64,000 nucleotides of DNA from Octopus vulgaris. Lineage: Eukaryota. The DNA lies in contig OX597815.1 of the NCBI GenBank assembly GCA_951406725.2, positions 192,076,001 through 192,140,000 on the forward strand, written 5' to 3'. Below the pieces are notes generated by a model, which was not told where the DNA came from, searched no databases, and worked only from the letters and a program-made list of their open reading frames with translations. Position numbers and translations under genes: made by a program. This document shows positions 51,545 to 64,000 of the stretch, one piece after another; position 1 is the first letter of the stretch; each line of letters begins with the position of its first letter.

Positions 51545-52066
51545 GTATATATATACACATATATATACACATATGTATATACATGTATGTATGTACTAAG
51601 TGTTAAAACACTGCTTTAGCGTCACTTCAAGTTAACTATGGGCACTTGGGTGCTTTTTATTTCCACAGTAAAAATTTCTAATTGATTAATGATATATCAC
51701 AGAGTAGAAGTCGCCGTTCAGACACTAAATCTACCCATTTTGACCTAAGTTATGTATGTGTGCTGGCTATTGGTACTAGATCACTGTCAAAGATTTCCAT
51801 TAAATAAAATACAAATTACAGGTTTTTTGAAATGTGTAGTTATAGTGGAACCAGAATAAAACCGATTTCTCTCTCTCTAGGATTTGTCAATAACTACATT
51901 TTGCATGAGATGATGCACTTACTGAGAGACTAATATATCTCACTAGTGTACCGAAAAGAGGAGAGAGAAAAAAAAAGAACATTTATGTTGAAAATAAAAG
52001 TACAAAAAGACTATATATATATATAGATAAATATATATATATATAGATAAATATATATATATATAG

Positions 52067-52101
<35 letters not shown>

Positions 52102-52236
52102 TAAATATATATATATATATATATACACATATATATATAAATAAATATATACATATATTTATACATACATATATATATAAATATATATATGTGTATATAT
52201 ATATAAATATATATATGTATAAATATGATACATACT

Positions 52237-52269
<33 letters not shown>

Positions 52270-53582
52270 GTATATAGATACATACTTATAAATATATATG
52301 TTTACATATTTATGCATACAATATATAAACACGCGCATATAAATAAATATGAGAAATTTTATATCCATTAACAGTTTTGAAGTGATAAAATATTTAATTA
52401 TTTCTTCCACATAAAACACTTTATTTAAGAGAGGTCGGTATTATCGTAATGTCGTATCATCGATTAACCCAGCGCTTTGATACATTACAAGAATTCATCA
52501 TATATTTCTGTTATTCTAGTAAAATAATATATTCAGTCTGGAACAGAGTTTCATTGGTATGCACTAAACAGAATCTTTAAACCGAGGGTGATGACGTCAT
52601 TTAATACCAAGTTTCAAATTTCGTACAAACATACGTGAATTTTTCAAAATGTTTTAATAGTTTGTCGTGTGGGTGTGCTGTCGAGGCTAGTCCAAGGTGG
52701 TGACTGGTTGAATTGATGAATGAAAATCTGTTTTTTGAGCTGAGCGTAGAAGTAACTGAACAACATCTGTGAATGTTTAACTGAGGATTTTAATATCACA
52801 CAGATAGACAAACTGCGTTGGCCTTTTACAGATAACGACAGCAATGATTACATACTAGGAGAGAGATACTGCTTGGAATTTGTGGTAATCTATTGATACA
52901 AGGACCTACAGTTTGGGTCATCTGGTTGGTGAAAAATGTGTGTTGTTTGGTGTTGTATTTAATGAAGACATATAGCACTCAACTGCCTCAACAGTCTGCA
53001 ATTAATTACCACGAAAAGCAGTTTTTTATAGGGTGCAAAACAAGATACTAGAAGATTAAATCATGTGATGGTTTGACACTGTTTGGGTGCTTAATAAACT
53101 GATCATGTGAAACTAATGTGGCTTGGTCGTGATGTCTGATTGGTTACCTTGAGGGTCAGCTTAGAATCTCTGCTTCAAGCTATTCTTATTGCTTTTGCTT
53201 TCAGTTTAGTGTCTGCTCTATGCAAATATTATAACGACATACTCTATGCAAATATTATAATGACATAGGCTCAGAGGTCGCTGATTGAGGAATTTTTCAA
53301 TTGGCATTCCAAGCATGACCATTTACATTCACCTTGCTTTTAAGGTTAACTTGGTTAATGGTTAGAGAGAGGGAAAGGAAGAAAGAGAGAGAGTGAGTGA
53401 GAGAGAAGTAGAAAAAGTGAAATGGCTCCTTATTGATAAAGCTTAGATGGCACCTCTCCCTCACTAATTCAGTCTTGATGGGTCCTCTTATATGTACAGT
53501 AATGATCTATCTACCTACCTACTTACCTACCTGTCTGTCTGTCTGTCTGTCTATGGAGAGGAGGTGGAGATGATGATAATGA

Positions 53583-53995
53583 TATCTCTTTTACTTTTTT
53601 ACTTGTTTCGGTCATTTGACTGTGGCCATGCTGGAGCACCACCTTTAGTTGAGCAAATTGACCCCAGGACTTATTCTTTGTAAGCCTAGTACTTATTCTA
53701 TTGGTCTCTTTTGCTGAACTGCTAAGTTACGGAGATGTAAACACAATAGCAACGGTTGTCACAGACACACAAACAAATACACACACACACATTCATATAA
53801 ATATATATATTTATATATATATACATATATATGACGGGCTTCTTTCAGTTTCCATCTACCAAATCCACTCACAAGGCTTTGGTCGGCCCGAGGCTATAGT
53901 AGAAGACACTTGCCTAAGGTGCCACGCAGTGGGACTGAACCCAGAACCATGTGGTTGGTAAGCAAGCTACTTACCACACAGCCACCCCTACGCCT
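53583..53995 (-). mobile_element. Family B SINE, full length
   Basis: Reverse complement of the 21142-21549 type sequence. Confidence 0.85.
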
Positions 53996-55044
53996 ATCTG
54001 TTTATATTCTGAGTTTAAATGCCGCCCTGGTTCACTTTTGTGATTTGCTCAACCGAGGTTGATAAAATAAATTTCAGTATTGCTGTAACACACAATATCA
54101 CAGAAGGTGATGTATTAGTGAGGTCATAGTTTAAAGAATAAAAGAATTAAAGAATAAAAGAATTAAAGAATTACAGACTAAAAGAGATAGTGATGTTGTA
54201 GAATCAAAATTGAAGGATTCACTCTAAGTTCTTTGTGCCACAGTATAAGAATTTAAATGATTGCACAGTTTCGAAGACATTTCTTATTTTTTCTATTTTT
54301 TTTTTTGTCAGAATTTGCTAAATTTGCCATCATGATAATGTGAAGAAATGGCCATTAAGAAAATGGATTTTAATTTGCATAGCGTGATGTAATTTGCATA
54401 CTGGTGTTAGTTTAACAACAATTAGGAATTACTTGTACACCAACAATTATCGCATGGAAAAATGTCAACGAGTAAAAGACAAAATAATAAACAACAGACA
54501 AAATTTGTTATTCCGAAATGTATTGTTTTTAAGCTTCACCATCATCATCATCATCGTTTAACGTCCGTTTTCCATGCTAGCATGGGTTGGACGGTTCAAC
54601 CGGGGTCTGGGAAGCCAGGAGGCTGCACTAGGCCCCAGTCTGATCTGGCAGTTTCTACAGCTGGATGCTCTTCCTAATGCCAACCACTCCGTGAGTGTAG
54701 TGGGTGCTTTTTACGTGCCACTGGCACAGGTGCCAGGTGAGGCTGGCAATGGCCACGATTGGATGGTGCTTTTTATGTGCCTCCGGCACTGGTATCACAA
54801 CTACAATTTCCATTGATTTTTTTTTTTTGATCGATTTTGATTTCGCTTGCCTCAACAGGTCTTCGCAAGCAGAATTTCAAACAAGTAATTTCATTGCGGA
54901 TTGAAAACTTGCAACTATGCCTATAAGTTGTTGGTATAGCCATGGCTGTGTGGTTAGAAGTTTGCTTCCCAACCACATGGTTCTGGGTTCAATTCCACTC
55001 CTTGGAAACTTCAGCAGCTATCGTTTACTGTAGCCTTGAACAGA

Positions 55045-55635
55045 CCAAAGCCTTGTGAATGGATTTGGTAGACAGAAACTGAAAGGAGCCCATCGTGTAT
55101 ACATATCGTTTCTTTTACTTGTTACTGTCATTTGACTGCGGCCATGCTGGAGCACCACCTCTAGTTAAACATTGGGTCAACCAAAGCCTTGTGAATGGAT
55201 TTGGTAGACAGAAACTGAAAGGAGCCCATCGTGTATACATATCGTTTCTTTTACTTGTTAATGTCATTTGACTGCGGCCATGCTGGAGCACCACCTTTAG
55301 TTAAACATTAGGCTAACCAAAGCCTTGTGAGTGGATTTGGTAGACGGAAACTGAAAGGAGTCTATTGTGTATACATATCGTTTCTTTTACTTGTTACTGT
55401 CATTTGACTGCAGCCATGCTGGAGCACCACCTTTAGTTAAACATTGGGCCAACCAAAGCCTTGTGAGTGGATTTGGTAGACGGAAACTGAAAGGAGTCCA
55501 TCGTATATACATATTGTTTCTTTTACTTGTTACTGTCATTTGACTGCAGCCATGCTGGAGCACCACCTTTAGTTAAACATTGGGCCAACCAAAGCCTTGT
55601 GAGTGGATTTGGTAGACGGAAACTGAAAGAAGCCT
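55045..55635. repeat. 136-bp tandem repeat (about 4.3 copies) inside a family B SINE
   Basis: CCAAAGCCTTGTG at 55045, 55181, 55317, 55453 and 55589. Confidence 0.95.
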
Positions 55636-55852
55636 GTTGTATGTTTATATATGTGTGTGTCTTTGTATCTCTATTTGTCCCCCACCCACCATCGCTTGTC
55701 AACCGATGCTGGTGTTTTTACATCCCTGTAACTTTGCAGTTCAGTAAAAGAGACCAAATCTGGCAAAAGAAGCCAAATCTGGCCAGGTGAAACGCAAAAC
55801 AGGTAAAATGTTTTGGCTGGATGTGGCTGGTTTAAATGCTAAAAGGTTAATA

Positions 55853-56238
55853 GGTAGGAAGCACTCTGTCGATTATGACGATGAGGGTTCTGGTTGATCC
55901 GAATCAACGGAACAGCCTGCTCGTGAAATTAATGTGTAAGTGGCTGAGCACTCCATAGACACGTGTACCCTTAACGTAGTTCTCGGGGATATTCAGCGTG
56001 ACACAGAGAGTGACAAGGCCGGCCCTTTGAAATACAGGTACAACAGAAACAGGAAGTAAGAGTGAGAGAAAGTTGTGGTGAAAGAATACAGCAGGGATCA
56101 CCACCATCCCCTGCCGGAGTCTCGTGGAGCTTTAGGTGTTTTCGCTCAATAAACACTCACAACGCCCGGTCTGGGAATCGAAACCGCGATCCTATGACCG
56201 CGAGTCCACTGCCCTAACCACTGGGCCATTGCGCCTCC
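55853..56238 (-). mobile_element. Family E SINE, full length, 13-bp TSD
   Basis: TSD TAAAAGGTTAATA at 55840-55852 and 56239-56251. Close inverse copy of 49568-49954. Confidence 0.9.
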
Positions 56239-56391
56239 TAAAAGGTTAATAAACTTTGTCCAACCCAAGAAGGGTGGAAAATGGGTGTGAAAGCAATGAT
56301 GATGGCCTTATAATCAGTCCTTCTATTGGTGGAGGTGGTAGTGGTGGGGGTACTTAACTGATCCCAGTACTTAACTGGTACTTATTTCATT

Positions 56392-56745
56392 GGTGAAGGC
56401 ACATGGCTCAGTGGTTAGAGCATCAGGTTCACAATCATGAGGTGGTGAGTTCAATTCCTGGATCTGTCTGTGTGTTGTGTTCTTGAGCAAGACAGTTTAT
56501 TTCATGTTGCTCCAGTTCACTCAGCTGTGGAAATGAGTTGCAGCATCATTACTGGTGCCAAGCTGTATTGGCCCCTTTGCCTTTCCCTTGGATAACATCG
56601 GTGGCATGGAGAGAAGAGTCTGGTATGCATGGGTGACTGCTGAGTCTTCCATAAAACAACCTTGCCTGGACTTGTGCCTTGGAGGGGAACTTTCTAGGTG
56701 CAATCCCATGGTCATTTATGACTGAAGTGGTGTCTTTACCCTTTA
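56392..56745 (+). mobile_element. Family D SINE, full length
   Basis: GTGAAGGCACATGGCTCAGTGGTTAGAGC head. Body matches 24108-24448. Confidence 0.85.
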
Positions 56746-56804
56746 TTTCCTCAACCCTGAAACGATGAGGCAAAGTCAACCTTGGTGGTATTTAAACTCA
56801 ATAT

Positions 56805-57405
56805 AAGGCAGCAAGCTGGCAGAAACGTTAGCACGCCGGGCAAAATGCCTAGCGGTATTTCGTCTGCTGTTCAATTCGTTCTGGGTTCAAATTCCGCCGA
56901 GGTCGACTTTGCCTTTCATCCTTTCGGGGTTGATTAACTAAGTACTAGTTACGCAAGGCAAAGTCGACCTCGGCGGAATTTGAACTCAGAACGTAGCAGC
57001 AGACAAAATACCTATTTCTTTACTACCCACAAGAGGCTAAACAGAGAGGGGACAAATAAGGACAGACAAACAGATTAAGTCTATTATATCGACCCCAGTG
57101 CGTAACTGGTACTTATTTAATCGACCCCAAAAGGATGAAACTAAGTACTAGTTACGCCCTGGGGTCGATGTAATCGACTTAATCCATTTGTCTGTCCTTG
57201 TTTGTCCTCTCTGTGTTTAGCCCCTTGTGGGTAGTAAAGAAATAGGTATTTCGTCTGCTGTTACATCCTGAGTTCAAATACCGCCGTGGTTGACTTTGCC
57301 TTTCACCCTTTCGGGGTCGATACGCACTGGGTTCGATGTAATCGACTTAATCCGTTTGTCTGTCCTTGTTTGGCCCCTCTTGCGGGTAGTAAAGAAATAG
57401 GTATT
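56805..57405 (+). mobile_element. Family C SINE dimer containing an inverted, permuted family C unit (56955-57138)
   Basis: 19-bp direct repeat AACTAAGTACTAGTTACGC at 56936-56954 and 57139-57157. Confidence 0.85.
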
Positions 57406-57979
57406 TGAACTCAAAAACCAGACGAAACGGCACTAAACATTTCATCCGACACATTCACAATTCTACCAGCTTGCCACCATAATGGAAGCTTGTCTTATAA
57501 TGGAAAGAATCTCAACAAATATATCTAAATTTCTCTGCAAGCCTAGTATTTTCGCTTAGATGCCTAAATATATAATTAACTTTATTAATATATTTTTTTT
57601 TCCTCTCCATCTTACAATTTTACAAATGTTACCGCCTGTTGTTTTAAGGCTTCAATTTATGCACGGCTAAAACGATACAAATATTTATATCCTTCTTCTT
57701 GTAATAATGGCACCGTTGGAAGATTTTAATGCTATAGAACACCATTTGCAATTAGGTATTAACATTGTACTCATTGTTCTAGAGGCACAGTTTCTTAAGA
57801 ATCATTCCATCAATGTAAAATGTAAGATATAATTTAAATACGATTCTCCCACATTGTGTATTGAATGGAGATTGAACGTGATAAATTTCATATTGATAAA
57901 CCATTGTTATTATCTCTTGGTATTTAAAGCACCTAATCTGATTGTTTGAGTGTTACAGTCCCATATTTCATTTAACCGT

Positions 57980-58620
57980 TACCTACTGCTGCTGTTTGGT
58001 ACATCTACCACTGCGACTACTGGTGGCGGCGCGACTGTCGTCACTACTACTACTGCTACTACTACTACTACTACTACTACTAATGCTGCTGCTACTGCTA
58101 ACAGCAGTAACAGCACCAGCACCACTACTACTACTACTACTGATGCTGCTACTACTACTGCTAGCAACAGCACCACTACTACTACTACTACTATTACTGC
58201 TGCTGCTACTACTACTGCTAACAGCAGCACCAGCACCACCACTACTACTACTACTAGTACTACTACTACTACTGCTGCTGCTACTACTACTACTAACAGC
58301 AGCAGCAGCACCACCACCACCACTGTTCCTGCTGCTATTACTACAGCTGTTGTTGCTGCTGCTACTACTACTACTACTACTACTACAACTGGCAGCAGCA
58401 GCACTACCACCACCACCATCGTCACCACCACCATCGTCACCACCACCATCGTCACCACCACCACTACTACTACCACCATCACCACTACTACCATAGCCAC
58501 CACAACCACCACTACTATTACTTTAACCACGTTTACTACCACCCCAACTGTTACCACTAACTCTATCATAAAAATGACCCCTGCCAATAATTGCCATCAC
58601 CACCACTGTCCCTACTACTG

Positions 58621-58663
<43 letters not shown>

Positions 58664-59215
58664 CACCACAATTTCCATCATTGTCAATCCCTCCTCCATC
58701 TCTGTTGTTGGCCTTTATCTTCGTTTGCAAACTCTATCATTAACATCTCTCTCTCTCTCTTTCTCTCTTCCTCCTTTTTTTTCCTTCTGCTAATCTGAAT
58801 CATTGTTCTTCTTCTTGTTATCATCGTCGTCCTCATTATCGGTGTCGTCATGGTAACAATTAGGCTCTGCGTTTTTATCAAGGCCACCATCACCCTTTAT
58901 CATCATCTTCATCATTTCTAATCACCATCATCATCATCATCATCATCGTCGTCGTCGTTGTCATCACCACCACCATCACCATCATCATTGTAATCATTAT
59001 TCTTCATTATCATCATCATCATCATCATTACAACCCCAGCCACCAGCATCATCACTGCCATCATCACCCCACTCACCACCATCGTCATCATTATCATAGT
59101 CATCACAATCATCGCTACAACCACCACCACCACCCTCACCACCACCACCATCGTCATCATTATCATTCGTTATTGTCATTCTTTATCATTGTCATCATGT
59201 TTTTGTTATCATTGG
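57980..59215. repeat. Trinucleotide low-complexity block (ACT/GCT/ACC/CAT)n
   Basis: Seen directly. It produces poly-T, poly-L and poly-V pseudo-ORFs. Confidence 0.9.
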
Positions 59216-60027
59216 TAATTCGTGATCTGTTTTTATTTCATTCTGAAATAAAGGGATAATTAGAATTATACATACATATATATACATATATATATATACA
59301 TGTGTGTATATTTGTTCCTTTATTACTCATTATTACATGGAAACGAAGAATACCAGTGGATTTGTAAAATTGGAAGAAAAAACAGATAAAATAAAATAAA
59401 ATAAAATAAAATATATATATAAAAAAACTACCTTGCAATATTTTTTCCACATCAAGTTGTTAAATTCAAATCCGATAGTCATCAACTTTCTCTTTCACTC
59501 TTACCGGGGGGCATGGGAAGGGAAGGAGATAAATGGCATACCAGTAAAATACTTGGGTTTGATGAGAATTGATTATCCTGTTCCCCCTCGAAATTTTCAG
59601 CTTTTGCCTTTATGAGAAATAATTCTTTAAAATTTTAGAATTACAAAATTTTAAAATCTGAAGAGATAGTTAGATGCAGGCATGGCTGTGTGGTAAGATG
59701 TTGCTTCCCAACCACATGGTTCTGGGTTCAGTCCCACTGCATGGCACCCTGCATAAGTGTCTTCTACTTTAGCCTCAGGCTGACCAAAACCATGTGAGTG
59801 GATTTGATAGATGGAAACTGAAAGAAGCCCAGCATATATGTATGTGTGTATGCCTTTGTGTATGTGTGTGTGTCTTTGAGTCTGTGTTTGTCTGTCCACC
59901 CCCTATCCCCATCGCTTGACAACCAGTGTTGGTGTGTTTACATCACTGTAACTTACCAGTTCAGCAAAAGAGACCAATAGAATTAACTGCCAGCCTTAAA
60001 GAAAAACAAAGAACAAAAATAAATATA

Positions 60028-60530
60028 GGCGCAGGAGTGGCTGTGTGGTAAGTTGCTTGCTTACCAACCACATGGTTCTGGGTTCAGTTTCACTGTCTGG
60101 CACCTTGGGTCAGTGTCATCTACTATAGTCTTGGGCTGACCAAAGCTTTGTGAGTGGATTTGGTAGACAGAAACTGAAAGAAGCCTGTCGGATATATGTA
60201 TATATATATATATGTTTGTGTGTCTGTGTCTGTGTTTGTCCCCCCAACTTCGCTTGACAACCGATGCTGGTGTGTTTACATCCCCGTCACGGAGTGGTTC
60301 GGCGAGACCGATAGAATAAGTACTTGGCTTACAAAGAATAGGTCCTGGGGTCAATTTGCTCGACTAAAGGGGGTGCTCCAGCATGGCCACAGTCACTTGA
60401 CTGAAACAAATAAAAGAACAAAAGAATTGGGGGTTGATTCGTTCAACTAAAAATTCTTCAAGACAGTGTTCCAGCATGGTCGCAGTTTAATAACTGAAAC
60501 AAGTAAAAAAATAAAAAGATAAAAAGTTAA
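60028..60530 (+). mobile_element. Family B SINE, full length with a duplicated tail segment
   Basis: GGCGCAGGAGTGGCTGTGTGGTAAG head. The tail CCAGCATGG..ACTGAAACAA occurs twice. Confidence 0.85.
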
Positions 60531-61496
60531 TTAAAGACTCTTAACGATCACTTTGCATAAATGAATAATAAAAGAAAATAAATTTCGTTCTATATTTCGG
60601 TTAAGAAAGTTGCCCTGATTTTAAAGTAACTAATAGCAACGGAAGCCATATTGATTTTTAAAAATTTGTTTCAGTCATTTGACTGTGGCCATGCTGGAGC
60701 ACCGCCTTTAGTCGAACAAACTGATCCCAGGACTTATTCTTTGTAAACCTAGTTACTTATTTTGTCTGTCTTTTTTGCCAAACTGCCAAGTTAAGGGGAT
60801 GTAAACACACCAACATCGGTTGTCAAGCAATGGTGGTGGGGACAGACCCAGACACACACACACGCACATGCATATCGTTATATTCTGTTCTATTTTAACA
60901 AAACTGTCCAATGAATGGGAATGTGGAACTCTGAGTAACAGCTTTTGTTATATTTCTGCTGCTTTTAAATAAAGTATATATATACATATATATGTGTGTG
61001 TGTGTGTACAATGGGCTTCTTTCAGTTTCTGCCTATGAAGTTCACTCACAAGGCTTTGGTCGGCCTGAGGCTATTGAGAAGATACTTGGCCAAGGTGCCA
61101 TTCCATGGGACTGAACCCAGAATCATGTGGTTGGTAGCCAAGCTACCAAAAAGCAATCTTTATAGCCAACTTAAAATGTATGTAACGTTAAAGCACTGAA
61201 TATTGTGTTATTTACTTTGAGAAGACGTCTCATATGAACTCAGTGCTAGCGATAAAAGCATGTGTGCTTTTATGCGCCATGGATCCACATAAGAGGGCTT
61301 CTCAAGGTAAATGACAGAATTCAGTGCTCTGACAAGACATCCACTTGAAGATGGATTTAAAGATTGCCAGTTGGTATTAATATCACTTACCACTAATCCC
61401 ACCTTCAAATCCCAATGTCAATTTTCTCTTTCATTTATTCTGATTTGATAAATACAGCAATAATCCAGTCTCTCTCTCTCTATATATATATATCTA

Positions 61497-61547
<51 letters not shown>

Positions 61548-61690
61548 ATATATATATAATTTAGAGAAAAACCACTATTAAACAATTCAATAAAGAAAGA
61601 TGTTAGTCACACCATATAGAAAACATATACTATAAAAAAAAATCTTATTTTAAACCAATAAAGTACAATAAACAGTAAACAGTAGTAAAA

Positions 61691-61811
61691 AGACTATGCA
61701 CATTTCATGGCTATATTTTCAAATAGATAATAATAATAAAATCAATTTGATTCAAATTTAAATCAAACTAAAAATTAATTCTATTTAAAAATATAGTCAC
61801 TCATCAGGTCT
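61691..61811 (-). ncRNA. Hammerhead ribozyme motif with long stem II (copy 2) in (TA)n-flanked module 61553-61825
   Basis: AGAC-CTGATGA-GTGACTATATTTTTAAATAG...CTATTTGAAAATATAGCCAT-GAAAT-gtgc-ATA-GTCT. Confidence 0.78.
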
Positions 61812-61873
61812 AAGATAATAAATAATATATATATATAATGGAATAATTCCTATGAAGCATTGTGTAAAAATTG

Positions 61874-62123
61874 TGGGTAAGGCCAAAACAATGCAAAGTA
61901 AATGACAAGTAAATCACAAGAAAACAAATATGTTAATGAATGTAGACTTACTTTGTATTCAATATTTCAGAGTTATGACCCCATTTTCAAGAAACTGACA
62001 ATTATTGCTGTCAGTTTCTTGAAAATTGGTTATAACCCCGAAATATTGAATACAAGGTAAGTGTACATTAATTCACATATTTCTTTTCTTGTGATTTAAT
62101 TTGCATTGTTTTGGCCTTACCCA
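61874..62123. repeat. Hairpin element: inverted arms of about 120 bp, 8-nt loop (62001-62008), (TA)n on both sides
   Basis: TGGGTAAGGCCAAAACAATGCAAA...TTTTCAAGAAACTGACA-attattgc-TGTCAGTTTCTTGAAAA...TTTGCATTGTTTTGGCCTTACCCA. Confidence 0.9.
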
Positions 62124-63414
62124 TGATCCTTATATATATATATATATATATATCATCATCATCATCATCGTTTAACGTCCACTTTCCATGCTAGCATGGG
62201 TTGGACGATTTTGACTGAGGACTGGCAAACCAGATGGCTGCACCAGACTCCAATCTTGATCTGGCAGAGTCTCTACAGCTAATTGCCCTTCCTAATGCCA
62301 ACCACTCCGAGAGTGTAGTGGGTGCTTTTTACTTGCCACCGGCCTTGCTTGAATACTTTTACACATGCCACCAGCACAGGTGAGCAGTAAGGCGACGTTG
62401 GTAACGATCACACTCGAATGGTGCCCTTTTACGTGTCACTGGCATGGAAGCCAGTTGGCTGCTCTGGCAACAATCACGCTTGGATGGTGCTCTATGGCAT
62501 ATAGCGCGGGCATATATATATATATATGTATGTATGTCTCATGTAATTATTGGACTGTAAGGAGGGCCATTGGGTACCATTCACAGTGTTGATTTCTCCA
62601 GCAGTGAAGCAGGGTTGAGGAAAGGGATCTAGCAACTTCTTTTCACAGGAAAGCCTAAAACACCATAGAACTGTCCCAAGACAGCTCACTGTGCAATACA
62701 CAGCATGACATAACTACCACCACCAACACAACAACAACAACAATAATAATGATAATAATTATTTGTACTCCAGGCACCAGGCCTTGAAAATCTTTCGGGG
62801 TAAGGGGTAAGGGGGTTAGTTGATTACATTGAACCCCAGTGCGTAACTGGAAAGGATGAAAGGCTGAAAGGATGAAAGGCAAAGTTGACCTTAGTGGAAT
62901 TTGAACTCAGAATGTAGCAACAGGCGAATTACTGCTAAGCATTTTGCATGGTGTGCCAATGATTACGCCAGCTCACCACCTGAAAACAATTAATAATAAC
63001 AATAATAATAATAATAATAATAATTGAACAATCTGGTGTGTTTATTTTGATGGCCTAGGTGTCAGGAAGACACTCAGCAAGAAATGGAAACAGAATTGAA
63101 AGATGATGATAATAATAATAATAATAACAATAATAATAATAATAATAATAATAATAACGATAATATTTGCAATATTAATGATTATGGTTTCTGATTTTAT
63201 GACAAGGCTGGCCATTTAAGGGAAGGGGATTAATGGATGGCATCAGCCCCCATCGCTTGACTTGTACTTTATTTAATTAAGGCCCATAAGGATGAAAGGC
63301 AAAGTTGACCTTGGCAGAATTTGAACTTGGAATGCAAACAGCCGGAAAGAGAAAAAGAATGAGACATTGGCATTTTTCTGATGGTGTAACAATTTTGCTT
63401 GTTCTCTGCTTTGT

Positions 63415-64000
63415 ACAATGATCATAATGATGATGGTGATGACAATGATGATGAGAAAAGTGATGATGATGCTGATGATGGTGGCGGTGGTGGTGATGCT
63501 GATGATGTTGATGAGGATAAGAATGATGATGATGCTGATGGTGGTGGTGGTGGTGGTGGAGATGAGAATAATGATGATGGGGCTCTAGATGGTAACGATG
63601 ATGGTGGTGATGATGATGATGGTGATGATGATGATGGTGATGATGATGATGGAGATAGGTGATGATCATGATGATGATGGTGTCGGTGGTGGTGATGCTG
63701 ATGATGTTGATGAGGATAAGAATGATGATGATGATGGTGGTGATGGTGGTGGAGATGAGAATAATGATGATGGGGCTGGAGATGGTAACGATGATGGTGG
63801 TGATGATGAGAATAATGATGATGGAGATAGGGATGGTAATGATAATGGTGGTAGCGGTGGTACTGATAACAATGATGATGGTGATGATGTGGATGGGAAT
63901 GGTAACAACGATGATGATGATGATGATAACAATGATGATGATGATGATGTTGATGAGTATAATGATAATGGAGATGATGATGATACTGATGATGATGATG
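63415..64000. repeat. (GAT/GGT)n block with an internal duplication of about 200-bp period
   Basis: GATGTTGATGAGGATAAGAAT..GGAGATGAGAATAATGATGATGGGGCT..GATGGTAACGAT occurs at about 63490 and about 63690. Confidence 0.85.

Noticed and set aside
57942-58798. 282-aa Thr-rich mucin-like ORF
   Set aside because: It is trinucleotide repeat open in several frames on both strands, with no signal peptide, domain or good splice context.
63277-63932. Poly-His, poly-Asp and poly-Ser ORFs
   Set aside because: They come from the (GAT/GGT)n microsatellite.

Overview
This is eukaryotic, AT-rich, repeat-saturated DNA with no convincing intact protein-coding gene. Nearly every ORF in the track is a translated microsatellite or SINE. 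The SINE families and the very high (TA)n/(CA)n/(CAT)n/(TCTA)n load look like an Octopus intron or intergenic region (my inference from pattern recognition, not from a database search). The window holds dozens of tRNA-derived and RTE-tailed SINEs; fragments of RTE (with C2H2 fingers), CR1 and R4/Dong LINEs; a non-autonomous Helitron; a decayed mariner; hAT and piggyBac MITEs; and three different GG-ended, 8-bp-TSD (Merlin-like) MITE families. Five observations stand out. (1) Six, possibly seven, minimal type-I hammerhead ribozyme motifs of Penelope-like type with palindromic stem III, mostly in modules beside (TA)n tracts. At three loci such a module is directly followed by a long hairpin element. 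(2) A near-perfect 295-bp palindrome. (3) A SINE insert that is exactly one circularly permuted 184-nt unit with a 19-bp TSD, which hints at a circular intermediate. (4) A MITE whose interior is a copy of DNA about 1.4 kb downstream. (5) A unique 270-bp island at about 6.0-6.3 kb with exon-like properties on both strands.
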